The notes below the pieces were generated by a model that was given only the letters and a program-made list of their open reading frames with translations, was not told where the DNA came from and made no database searches. This document shows, piece by piece, positions 51,889 to 64,000 of a DNA stretch of 64,000 nucleotides. Made by a program: the position numbers and the translations under genes. How positions within the stretch are numbered: the stretch's first letter is position 1; every line of letters starts with the position of its first letter. Source of the stretch: Cenococcum geophilum (lineage: Eukaryota); contig CP158636.1 of NCBI GenBank assembly GCA_050273025.1, positions 4,526,001-4,590,000 on the forward strand. The letters are read 5' to 3'.

Positions 51889-54681
51889 ATGGAAGGCGTT
51901 CCCACCCCTCTTCGTGTTGGTTCTCCAGCAGTGGGGAGAAAGCCTTCGGTCGAACAGGTCCCTTCACCCCTCCGAGTGGGTTCTCCCATTGTCGAAAGAG
52001 GGTCTCCATTTTCCCAAAGGCGCCCAACCCTTCAACACCGGTCTACTTCAGACCGTTTATCACAGCTTTTCCCGTCTCGCCCGCCCTCCGTAGCTTCCAT
52101 CAGCACAGACAATGATTCTTCCAGACGAACTTCATATCCCTCCCCTCTCACCCCCGCCACCGAGCCAGCATACCGAATACCACGCCCACCTGCCCCTCCG
52201 TCGTTTTCAGAACCCACCTACGAGCCTGTCCCCGATCCATTCGATATCCACCATCCCCCCCCTTCTCTGAAACCTGGAGGGACTCAACGTCTCCTGACCA
52301 GACTTACCTCGCTTCGGACAGCGCGTTCCACAAAACAATCGCAGTATGGTGTGCTCGAAGATCAGGATGATGCGGATATCCCACGAGGTCAACTATGGGG
52401 TGTTGAGGAAGTGGAAGAAAACGTGCCTTACGACTTGACTGGGTACTCCGGGGGCCCAATTGCCATGAAGAGTATGAAAAGTACTGCGGATACTATTGAT
52501 ACCGAACAGGCAATGCTACAAGCGGGATTTGCTGCAGAGTATGACAGGCTTGAGTCTCAGGGTAAGCCAGGGATACTGGGAGGGGGAATGCAGTCCGTGA
52601 TAGAAGCGCCTTTTGTGCATCATCCAGGACCTGAACACCAAACACGCCATCGGCGAGGACCCTCCAGCGTGGATGCTTCAGCTCGAGAGGAAGCGCAGAA
52701 GGTGGCTGAACAAAGGGGAGAAATTCTAGCAGTTGCTGGTACGTGGAACGCCCTAACAAACCGCCTAAGGACAATCCGTTACCTCAATTGGGGGTTGCAA
52801 TTTCTCGACCACAAATTTGAATAATTGTAAGCTAACTCATTCTGCAGAAGTTCCTCTTATGGATATTAGCAACCTTGGTGGCGCTGAGTACGAGACTCGT
52901 AGCATAATGAACGCTCCCGCTGGAGATGGTGAAGCACCAGCGAAAACGAGCTATTACTTTCCCCCTGGTAGGCTTCATAAATTTTCCGTAGTAAAGCTTT
53001 ATAATAATATGATACAGATCCCGATATGCCAAGTTGGAGGCCAATGTCCATGCACTGGCTGTATATATCATTGCTGATATTCATCGCTCTAGCCTTGGCT
53101 GCTCTTCAAGAATTCTTGTGCCAGATCTCTATTAAAAGAGCAAAGGAAGGAGGGGGCTTGCTGGCATTCAAGCAACCCCAAGAGCTTAGTATAGCAGCAT
53201 ATTTCACATGGAAGTACGCGCCAGTATTGGTTTTTGTGGTTTATGGTATCCTCTGGCAAATCTCGGACTTTGAGGTCAAACGGCTGGAGCCGTTCTACCA
53301 ACTCTCGAAGAAGACCGGAGCCACGTCAGCTGAGTCCTTGAACATGGACTATCTTACTTTTATGTCCTGGCTTGTTCCGCTGAAGGCACTAAGGTACCGA
53401 CAATATGCCGTTATTTACTCCTCTTTAGCGACATTGGTTGCTGGCGGTCTTGTTCCTGTATTGCAGTCTGCCTCAATCAATATGTATCCGCCAAAGAACG
53501 ACCGGAAAGAAGACACAATGAAATTTGTTCGTATTGAACCGAATTGGTCGCGGCCCGTCACAGCATGTTTGGTGTTTGTCGGACTTTGCGGCATTATCCT
53601 CCTCTTTCAGCTGCGCCGCAAAAGCGGACTTCTATCCGACCCAAAGGGAATCGCTGGAATCGCGGCCATGGCTACCCGAAGTCATATTCTGAATGATTTC
53701 CACGGCTTGGATACTGCACCTCAACACATTATCCACAAAAACCTCCGCCACCGCCGTTACATCTTACATAAGAGCTCCCTCTGGCAAGGAGAGTATATTC
53801 GCAATAGCACCGAAAGAATCAGGGAGCATGGCACGGACAGCCGCCCGTTCATGCTTACTCTCAAAGCCGGTATCCCTTACATTTTCTTCATTATGCTCTT
53901 CGCTATTGCCATTCCTATCTTCATGTTTGTCGACGGGGCCAACACCGTTACCGAGAAAGTTCCCTTCCTCCTCACCGCAATTGCCACCATCATCAAACTC
54001 CTGTGGGGTACTATCGACTGCGACGTCCGTATGCTCGAACCCTTTTACATCCTCTCGCGCCGCCACGCCCCACCGCGTACTCTCACACTAGACTACTCAG
54101 GCACAATGCCAGGCTGGCTACCCATAAAAGCTCTGATGAACCGCCATTACGTCGTCTCGGTCGTTGGTATAGGCGCCATCATGACCGAAGTGCTAACAGT
54201 CTGCGTGTCCTCCTTCTCTGTTGACGGCAAAAAGTTCTTCCCCGGACGTGGTCACGATAACATCGACCAGCCTAACGACCGCTACAATTCCGACGAGACC
54301 TTTAAATCCTTTTGGGTATCCTTTGCGCTCGTCATCGGCATACTATTATTTCTTATGACCATTGCCACGCTTGTCTACCTCCGCCGTTCCCACAAATTTA
54401 TGCCCCGCCAAATCGGTACGATTGCGTCCGTGCTCGGTTTCATTCATCAGTCGAAGATGTTGGTAAGCTTTGTAGACACGGAGAAGTTGGACAGTCGGCA
54501 GATGACAGATTATTTGGAGAGCCTGCCTAAGACATATGCGCTTGGGTGGTTTAGTGGTAGGGATGGCGAGGACCATTGCGGAATTGATGAAGAGCCAGTT
54601 CTTGCGCCATATAAGTATGGAGTTGATTGGACGAAGACCAGGCTATTGGGGAGTCATATTGGAACTTGGGAGAACTATTAG
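51889..54681 (+). CDS. DUF3433 multi-pass membrane protein with disordered N-terminus
   Basis: Introns 52739-52847 and 52968-53017 join three ORFs. Two repeats of D..VKRLEPFYQL..SL.MDY / DVRMLEPFYIL..TLTLDY between TM helices. Confidence 0.85.
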
Positions 54682-55410
54682 ATCGGTCAGGAAGGGGCGT
54701 AATGATAACCGAAAGAATGACCTGGTGCATTTTCATATCAGCTGCCTAGTGTTTGGTTCATTGGGGTTTGGAGTTATGATCACGGCGGTTTTGTTAGGGG
54801 TGCTTGGATACCACCCTTATATGCATGTCTTGGTGTTTCCATAAATGGATATGTTGGGAGGCTTCGGTGCTTCATCGGTTATATGTTCATGTTTTTGTTA
54901 ATGTCATCAACTGGTATAGAGGTTATCAGTGTAGCCTATCATCATTAGCCCACACATGTTTGATTTGCAGTATCAGGTGTGGAATTTCAAATAGACCAAG
55001 GGTCATTATTGCGCAAAAGTTTTTAGTAATATCCCCTAGACAAACCAAAAGAAACCCAACGGGTATCCTAACTGACTACAGCAGCCGAACACCAGGCTCC
55101 CAGGTGCCGTTAAATACAATCATACCCACGCCAATCTCCTTCCCAGAAAGCTTAGACCTCCACAGGCGGTTGTAACCCCTATGAAGATGATCAAAACCTC
55201 AAACCCTAGCCAACACTCTCACTGGCTTTGCTCTGCCATGGCCTCTGATTTTAAAAGAGTTTCGTTTACTCTCTTCTTATTAAAATTATAGTTAAAATTT
55301 AAATACTTGACTTAATATTACCTATAAATAGTATAGAAAAACCTAAACTAATATAATTACTAGATTATTATTTTAAACTCTCTAATAGTTAAGTTATAAA
55401 TAATATAAGG

Positions 55411-56095
55411 TGTTAGCGACTTAGTCAATCAAGGCATGAGCACGGTAAGAAGGACGCATGCAAGCCTATACGATTGGATTGTCTATAAACGAGGATCTAA
55501 AGCTAAAGAAAGGAAAGGAGACGGGGGGCAGCGCCGCTTAACGTTATATATAATCCTCTAGTTACGTAACGGCAATTATCTAAAACTATATAAAACTGTC
55601 TGCGACTGTCCGCTATAATTTACTAATATTTATTAGCTACAATCTATTAGTTTCCACTAGCGCTGTAACACTGTCCGCTATAATCTACTAGTTTCTACTA
55701 GCGCCGTAATATTACCCCCCCTTCTAAAAAAGCCTGCCCTAAGGCTTTATACGTCCATATTATATCTATAAGGTATTCTTATCTTTATACTTAATAGGCA
55801 GCTTATTATCTTTACTGTTTTAGCACTCTATTTACTTATTAAGGTACTTTAGGGGTCTAGGTTTATTAGGGTAACGGCTATAAAACTTTTAAAGCCTATA
55901 GGGACTACCTATAAAGTTCTATATAGGGTACTAAGTAGGGTCTAGGTTATACCCTTTCTAACTAATATAATATTTTAATATTTCCCTTATAAGCTTATAG
56001 GCTAGTATTTCTTTAATTTCCTATTTATTATTACTACTAACTTAGATTAATAGGGGAGGTTTATTCTTTTATCTAGGTAATAGGTTATTTATAGC
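55411..56095 (-). mobile_element. 3' end (3' LTR 55411-55711, PPT, chromodomain) of a Gypsy A-family element in reverse orientation, interrupted at 56096
   Basis: 55411-55560 is the reverse complement of the 3' part of the A LTR. CCCCCCCTTCT (PPT) lies at ~55715-55725. 55730-56095 aligns in reverse with A ~24795-25540 minus the solo LTR. Confidence 0.88.
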
Positions 56096-59000
56096 TGTTG
56101 GGAATAAGGCAAGCGGTCGTTACGTAACGCCGCGGCACTAGCGTAGCGAGGAGTCTTAAGCTCCTCGCCCTTCCTCATTCTAATAAAAGAATATTAACTA
56201 ACAATCATTATACTGTCTACAACTTATAGATACGTAATATCACCTTATAAAACCAACACTAATTAGTGGTTAACTTTACTGTTATACTATAGAATGGCTA
56301 GGTATTCCACTAAGAAGAAACAAGCCACTATACTAGTGCTACTTGTGCTAAAGGAAGCTGTCTTTTAAGGTTAGAACTAGTCCTAAACCTTAAATAGAAC
56401 TCTTCTATAAATCTAAGGATTTAAAGGCCAGAACTAGTCCTAAGCCTTTTTTAGATTATAGATTCTTGCGTCTATCATACAGAATAATACACTTTATAAG
56501 TCTTTACGATTTAAGGCTAGAACTAGTCCTAAGCCCTATAATTATAAATATATGTTATAAACGCGTACCAAACAACAAACGCGTACTAAATGACAATCCC
56601 TACCCTAATAATACTTCCCTCCCCCCAAAAACATGGCTACGCCTACCTTAAACAACTAGGAAGACTTCTTACTACTAGGGGTAGCTTTATACGCGAAACT
56701 TATTAATAAAGATTAAGACGAATTTACTATTAATATAATAACTTATACCGCAAAATAAGTTAATAGCTTTCTCCTATACCGTATTATATTCTACTAAAGT
56801 AGATATTACGCCAATCTATAGCTATAGGAATATTTTAGGGAGGATTTTATAGGATAAACCGCTAACACCTAGGCACTTAGTAATGTTAATATTGTTTAGG
56901 ATTTTTAAGACTTCCTCTATAGGAATAGGGTATATATTACTAAAAATAGTAACTTAATTACTAGTAATATCTAGGCCGTTATTATTAGTATAGAAGAACT
57001 AGTATAGACGGAAGCTAAGATTATATATTAACTACGGAAACCTAAAACTAACCTATATTCTTTAAAAGGCAACTTTAATTTAGAATAAAAACCCTAGAAC
57101 GCTACTATTCTACCTAAAGGTACTCTCCTATCTAGAGGTACTCTTTCTCTACCTTTGCTACCTTTAGCTTCTCTACCCTAGCTAACCGGTAAGCCTTTAC
57201 TATAAGAAGTTATAAATTTAATAAAGGTATATTTAGACAAAAAGAAGAAGTTTAAAGAAGAACTATATAATATACTCGGAATAAAACTATAGGTCTTTTA
57301 TAACTGCTATAGTAAGGTTAAAATTTAATACTACTAGTTTTATTATACTTTTTTAGTTATATTAAAGAGACGGGCGGTAATATTTTATTATAACTATATT
57401 ACAGGTAGAAACTATAGCTTTAATATAATACTTTAGCTTACTAGAGCCTACTTTAAAACTAATAAGAATCGCTAGCTTTATATATCTAAATAGCAGAAGA
57501 TTATATTCTAAAGAGTTATTACTTCTAACTTAATAAAGACTTATTTAAAGTGCCTTTAACTACTCTTTAATAAACTCTAGAAAATCTAACGTAGCCTTAC
57601 TAAAACTTACTAAAATAAGAATAGCCTAAGGAACTAGGTTATCTTAGCCTGTTATAGTGTTTCTAAGTGCAATTTGGCGCTATATAAACCTATAGATACG
57701 TTTAAAGGAGTATATACTAAGCTACGCTCTACTATAGGTACTGTAATGCGAATATAAGAATCTTAACAGTTTTATACTAAAAATCCTACCTAACTAAGTA
57801 TTCCTAACTAATATAATTATAACTAAACTAACTAAATATATAGTGGCCGTAGTAGGGAATACGGTAAAGGGTATAATTAATATTAACTATAAGGCAATTA
57901 TAGAGGTCCTTATAGAGGTTTATTTTAAAGTAATTGCTAGAAGAAGTACTATATTTATAAGAAGCCAAATTGCTAGTTAACTAGACTCTCCCTTAATAAG
58001 TAAAAGGAGGCATATAATAAGTTCCATTAAAGTAAAAAAAATATTAAAAAATATAAGGTTATTATAGCCTGCTTTTAAAGCTTCCTAGTTTAATATAAAG
58101 GCGTAAAAGATCTTAAAGGTAAGGTTAATAAGACCAAACAGCTCCTTATAGATATAGAAATTAAGAACTACTTACCTAACTAATACTTTACTAAGTATAG
58201 TAAGGTAAATAGGATATAAACTATTGCTATTCTTAATAACTAATTTACGCTCTACTTTATTATAAACTTAGATATCTTTAATAAGCTAAAGGAGAGTTTT
58301 ACGTTCTCCTTTAATAATAGATACTCGGCGAACGTCTTCTATAGTATTATACCAGATATTAGAGCCGCAGGAGTATCTATAATAGGAGAACCTTAAGTTC
58401 GAGCCCTTTAGCAGCTTAATAGCTCTATTTAGATTAACTATTTAATAGCAGGCTAATACACGATTTATTTTAGTAAGGGTACTATAATCTCTTTTAGCAT
58501 AATTAGGGTTTAAACCCCCTTAGGGTATATTACTTTTTATATTATTCCTATAAACACCCTATTTCTATTTTGCATTAAAGATATAAATAAATTAGGCGTT
58601 AAGCTTAATAACCTTAAAAATGTACTTATTTAAGGAGATAATTAGGTGCCCGTTATATATAAGTAGGGTTACCCCTAGTTGCTCCTTTATTAACTAGAAA
58701 AGAGTATTACTTAAAGCTACTTAACTAAGTTAGAGTTACGCTAACTACACCGTTGTTTTAGCTACCTATCCATTTATTAATTACTTAGGGTTCTTTAATA
58801 AATAGGCTATAAAGTTAAGGTTAAGGCAATTAAGCATCTTATAAAATACTACTATTACTACTAAATAAACTAGAAGTCCCCTAGCCGATTTAAGTTTACC
58901 CTTAAAGATAACTATAACTTTAACTTCTATATTATTGTTAATATTATATATCTTAGCGGCAAGCTAGTACTCTAAGTTATTAACTTCTTAACCTCCTTCT

Positions 59001-60604
59001 AAGCCGTATAATTCTTAAAGAATATATTAGCTAGGAACGTATAGAATACCCTTTAATTATACTAAATTAATATTTACCTAGGACCCCCTAACTAAATTAT
59101 CTATAATGTAAAAAAGAACCTTTTATCTATAGAGTTTTAATAACAAATAAAGGTAATGGTAATTAAGGTTAAGGAAGTTCCTATTAAGGTATATAATAGT
59201 ATTAAAAAAGTAAAGCGATATTACGCGCCATTACGCCGCGTATATAAGATTATCTCTTTAGAACTAAAGAATACTAGTAAAGAACTTACCTTGCAAATAG
59301 CTATTAAAGCTATTAACAATTCCGCTGGCCCGGATAAACTTATACCTATATTACTAGTCTTTAACGCCTACCCTTAAATAACTAATAATTCTTTACTATC
59401 TCCCTCTATTATATAATAAGCTAAGGCTATTTATAAGGTAATAAAGGAGGTATAACGTCTCTACGCTATACGCTAAGTTAACAATATACTAGAAATAAGA
59501 AATGGCCTAAACACCTTAACTACGCTTAATTTACTACTTTAGTCTAAGGTACGCGTATAGCGTAAAAAGGGAGAATAGTTAGGCCTATATTAACTTATTA
59601 TAATTAATAGTTAAACTTATACTATTTAGATGCCTTATAGACCTACTTAATTCCGTTTAACCGTTATTAAGCCTTACTATAAAGATAATAGTTTTAAGCC
59701 TTTATAGGATGCTCTAAAAAATGCCTTAAAGGAGAACTATAATTAACGTGCTTTAGAAGATAACTATAATCCTAATATAATTATAGTAGATATACCGTAA
59801 CTATAACGCGATAGAGGTCGCCTAAAGGGATTATAAAATTGCTAACATCTTATTAATTTTAAAGAGCAATTTATTACCGCTATTAAGAATAGAATTAAGT
59901 TATTAATAGCCTTTATAATAACTAAGGAAAAGGCTAACTTTAAGCTTGTAAAACAGCTCTAAAAGAAAGGTTATATTATAACTTTTAGAGCTCCTTTTTA
60001 AGTATCTAATAAGTAGGAGATTAATAGTCTTATTATAAGAGGAGTTTTTAAATTTAAGAAGTATAACCCTACTAAGTTTAATAAAGTTCGTATCTTTAAA
60101 TTAAGAATGGTTAATAAGATTAAAGGTAAAGCTACTAACACCCTATTTAAGAAATTAAGGCTTATTATCTAAGGTTATAATAATAATAGTAAGGAGGTAA
60201 TTCTTATGTAATCTCCTATAATTTAACGAGCTAGTTAACAAGTTATTATTATGTTAGCTCCCTCCTTAATAAAGAATAAAATGGCGGTTTATTTATAAGA
60301 TATTACTTAGGCCTATACCTAATTAGAGACGCACCTTTAGCGCTTAATATTAGCATACCTTCTAGAGTAAATTCGCCACTAATATCCTAAAGATATAATT
60401 ATAGTTATACTTAAGCCGTTATATAGAATTACAAAGGTAGGAATTTATTAGTGGGCTACCTATAGCAAGTACTATAAAGAGAAGCTTTTAATAACTACTT
60501 CTATATTTAACCTATACTTCCTAATTATAACTATAGGAACTCTATTTGGAATTGTTGGCATATAAACTAATAATATAATTATCTTAGAAAATAACCAATT
60601 CTTA
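56096..60604 (+). mobile_element. Second GalEa-like Copia (B'), RIP-degenerate; 5' LTR 56096-56258; interrupted within RT
   Basis: TGTTGGGAATAAGGC...CCAACA followed by CTAATTAGT. 57230-60604 is colinear with element B ~16850-20234. The sequence breaks after CCAATTCTTA. Confidence 0.9.
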
Positions 60605-61005
60605 CGTCAGGAAAAAATTTAGCAGCATTTAGCCAGCATTTTCAGCATTTCGCAGCATTTTATAGTATTTAAAACAGACCATACGCATTAAGTAGCATCT
60701 AGGCAGCTATATATATATATTATATATAAATATTTTATTTTTAGATAGATAATTGGATATAGTATATTATATAATAATTTTTTTTATAAATTACTTATAA
60801 ATTACGTAAGTTATTCTACTTCTTAAAAAAAATTTGAAAAAATTTAAACTTTTTTTAGAAGTAGAATAACTTACGTAATTTATAAGTAATTTATAAAAAA
60901 AATTATTATATAATATACTCTATCCAATTATCTATCTAAAAATAAAATATTTATATATAATATATATATATAGCTGCCTAGATGCTACTTAATGCGTATG
61001 GTCTG
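60605..61005. repeat. Foldback/palindromic element inserted at a TA in Copia B'; ~149-bp near-perfect inverted arms
   Basis: 60675-60823 is the reverse complement of 60857-61005 with one mismatch seen, around a 33-bp A/T spacer. It is preceded by CGTCAGG and about five CAGCATTT-like repeats. Confidence 0.88.
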
Positions 61006-64000
61006 TGTTATAGACGCTTTAAGTACAATGTTACGACTACTTGGAGAGGAGTCGGAAGAAGCTAGTTGGTTAATATAAGCACGGTCTAGGATGGAACCCG
61101 TGGAACCATATAACAAGGAATGGTAAGTAGAGTCACGTGATGTAATCTGTATAATCTGTATAATCTATAAGATCTATTATAGAGCGAATAGAGCAGACAG
61201 AGTAAACAGAGTAATAACTTTCTTAGGAGTACGGTTGTGTATTTAAGGACCCTTAGTCCCTACCTAGATAGTTCCTTCCTTATAGTAATTCTCAGAATAT
61301 AATTGGAGTTAATCTATTGGGCAACTACTCCACTAGTTATTATTACGTTAATTAACTTTTGTACTTATATTTCCTACACACCTAGCCCATTAATAAACCT
61401 ATTGTAGTTCTTGCTATAAGGTTCTGTTATATAATTACTACCTAGTTATAGTATTAATATAAGAAGTTAAATAATATGCTACTAAAAGCAGCCACTATAA
61501 TGCCATTGACGGCAGTAACTACTTTAAGGACAGAAGGTAACACCAGTATGGCAGATACTAACTTATAGTAACCTATAACGGTCGGACAGCTACAGGAAAT
61601 AGTTGACTAGTTAACGGCTAATAATATAGTATTAGAAGAAAGACTTAACGGGATAGGAGCAGTAAAGATTAAGCTACTATTAATTAAGAGATTTACAGGA
61701 GAGAGGTTAAAGCTTAAAGGATTCCTTACGCAGATGTACTTTAAGGTCTTATAGGAGGGAGTAAAGTTACCTATATCCGTGGATCGGATAGCCTATATAG
61801 GACTATTCTTATTAGGGAAAGCATTTAAGTAGTTTAAACTTTACCTTATAGAGATATAGGTAAACGGAATGATAACCACTAACTAAGACGTGCGATTTAT
61901 GTTCTTAAGTTAGGAAGGATTCGCAGAATAACTTACGCAGATATTTAGAGACCTGGAAGAAATAACTATAGCGGAAAGAAAACTCTAGAACCTCGTATAA
62001 TGAACTTTAGTAATTAAGTATACGATATAGTTCCAGACACTAATAATATAAGTAGAGTGGAATAATAAGGCGCTTATGGTATAGTATAAATAGGGACTTA
62101 AGGCTAAAGTCTAGGACGCGATTATCCTAATAGAAGATGCGGATACCCTAAGGGAACTAATAAATTAGGTAATTAAGATTAATAATTAGATCTACTAAAG
62201 GGAATAGGCTAAGAGAGGCTAGGATAGAGTTCTATAGTTGTATAAGGCGCAGAATACGCAATGATAAAAGCTAAGTTAGAAACTATGGTATGGCGTAGAG
62301 CTAATAGACCTAAGTAGTACTAAAGAAGCCTATAAGAAATAGAGCAAACTATAGAAACCTAGAGGATAAGGATTAAGTAATTAAAGGTCTAAGGAGCAAA
62401 GGCTAAATCAGGGATCTTAATAGTAGAAGACATTTAGGCGGACTCTATAATAAGAGAAATAGTTTAAAGAAGGAGCTTATATAAATTACGGAAAATAGGG
62501 TTATTATATCAGAGACTATAGAAGTGGGTAGAGTTACTATATAGTAAAAGGTATAAGACTAGTAGACGATATATACGTATAAAGGGACGATAATATGCTA
62601 TAAGGAACAAAAGAATGTTTAATTAAAAGTTTTGCGTTTTATTACAATAACGCATGCCGAATTTATAAGGATGCTAAGTACGGCGTAAGCTATTAGCTAT
62701 AGGAGCTAGCACCTATAGGATGCAGAGGAACTAATGAACCAGTTCGCAGATCAGATATTAAGGACGATAAATTTAACTTAGGCGAAACATTCCGTGACAA
62801 TAAGGTAATAAGGGCCGCTTACTAGGAGCGAGTAGACCTCGGAGATGTTATACTAGAGGTAGAGGATGATTCCACTATAGAATAGGGAACATTAGTAGGG
62901 ATTAAAACCCCACTAGACACGATGTCTATCGCTTTATAAGATGTAAGAGAAGTAGGATAGCGAACCACTTCGGCACTTAATAAAGGCAAAAGGCTAAAGG
63001 CTTAAAATTTTTAAGACGAGATAAGAGATGACTAAGATTCTTAAGACGAGATAAGGTAAGCTTAAGGACCTATAATAGATAGAAACCGATAGAGTAGAGT
63101 AGCAGCTTAGTTTAAAGATATATGAATGAGCTCGGGATAAGAATTCCTAATAGCATAAGATTCTTAAGATGAGATAAGTGAGATCTAGGACTCTTAAGAC
63201 GAGATAAGGACACTAGTCAAGCCTAATTGGACTAAGGTAGGGGCTAAACTTAAGTTAAAAGTAAGCTTGGGATTAAAGAACCTAAAGGGTTAAGGATTTA
63301 GAGTACAAATTAAGACACCTATAGGTAAGAGGCCAGGAGCTTCTTTACAGATTAGAGAATCTATGGTATAAATAGTAATTAGACTAGGAGACAAATATAT
63401 AGACCTAGAGGATTTACTAGTTAAATAAAGCATTTGGACTAAAGATTAAAAAATTAATACTAGGATTAAGAAGTAAGACAACTTTAAGGATTAGAGCGTA
63501 AGGCGCAAACTAAAAAAAACTATAGAAGAATTTAGATAAAGAATTATCGCGTAGCAAGAACAGAAACTAAATAGGAGATTTAGCATATTGGGATATATAA
63601 AGGACAGAGTACTAGTATAAAGAATTACTAATAGGCTAAGAGTAGGCATACTAAGGGCTAAGTGGCTTACTAAACTGGAATAAGAAGAGGATCTAGGGAT
63701 TCCTACTAGGTTTAAGGAACGATATACTAAAGGCTGTTATAATGCAGTAATAAAGAGATATTTCCTTATAGACAGACCGTATATACTCTAGCAGCTATAC
63801 TAAAAGTGGTATAGATAAAGGCACAATAATGAGTGGGAAGATTTCTATATATAGTTAGATGAAAAAGTTATCTAGGACCACCTAATTATAGAGAAGGCCA
63901 TAACGTATATTAAAGGAGCCTTAATTATAACATTAAAGGATCTAGAGGAATGTTTAGAGGACTAGAGAAGCGAGAGACGCATCTTAGTATCTGCGAATAA
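61006..64000 (+). mobile_element. Ty3/Gypsy element F: 5' LTR (~61006-61431) and long RIP-degenerate gag, running off the window
   Basis: TGTTATAG...CTGTTATA LTR with TAATCTGTA repeats. Gag remnants KRFTGERLKLKGFLTQM (~61690) and a degenerate CxxCxxxGHxxxxC knuckle (~62480). GATTCTTAAGACGAGATAAG repeats at 63005-63210. Confidence 0.8.

Noticed and set aside
30007..54681. Gene region as a metabolic or biosynthetic cluster, or cargo of a giant mobile element
   Set aside because: The genes are functionally unrelated housekeeping loci. No backbone enzyme or tyrosine-recombinase captain gene is visible.

Overview
Filamentous ascomycete (Pezizomycotina) genomic DNA, judged from short GT-AG introns with CTRAC/CTAAY branch sites and from heavy RIP damage (C>T/G>A, TpA-rich) in repeats. 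GC-balanced gene regions (~700-4600 and ~29700-55200) alternate with AT-rich RIP-decayed transposon blocks (~4670-28450 and ~55250-64000). Genes: glycine decarboxylase P-protein (GCV2), NTE1 lysophospholipase divergent from ARP9, guanine deaminase, pantothenate kinase, a telobox-Myb protein, GDT1/UPF0016, a DUF4291 protein and a DUF3433 membrane protein. The first repeat block can be resolved base by base from TIRs, LTRs and target-site duplications. A ~1.26 kb Tc1/mariner element contains a solo LTR and Gypsy A. Gypsy A contains two solo LTRs and Copia B (GalEa-like), and the 5' LTR of B contains Gypsy C. Most notable: Gypsy C carries a RIP-killed but reconstructable three-exon antisense gene with a Zn2Cys6-like six-cysteine domain, plus a G_GGA_AAA slippery site followed by an H-type pseudoknot. 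Three Gypsy elements show tRNA-independent self-priming complementarity. Unrelated LTR families share a GTCACGTG promoter motif. A ~330 bp near-perfect palindrome (foldback element) lies at 60675-61005. I saw no rRNA, tRNA or CRISPR. All calls come from reading the sequence by eye; no database searches were run.
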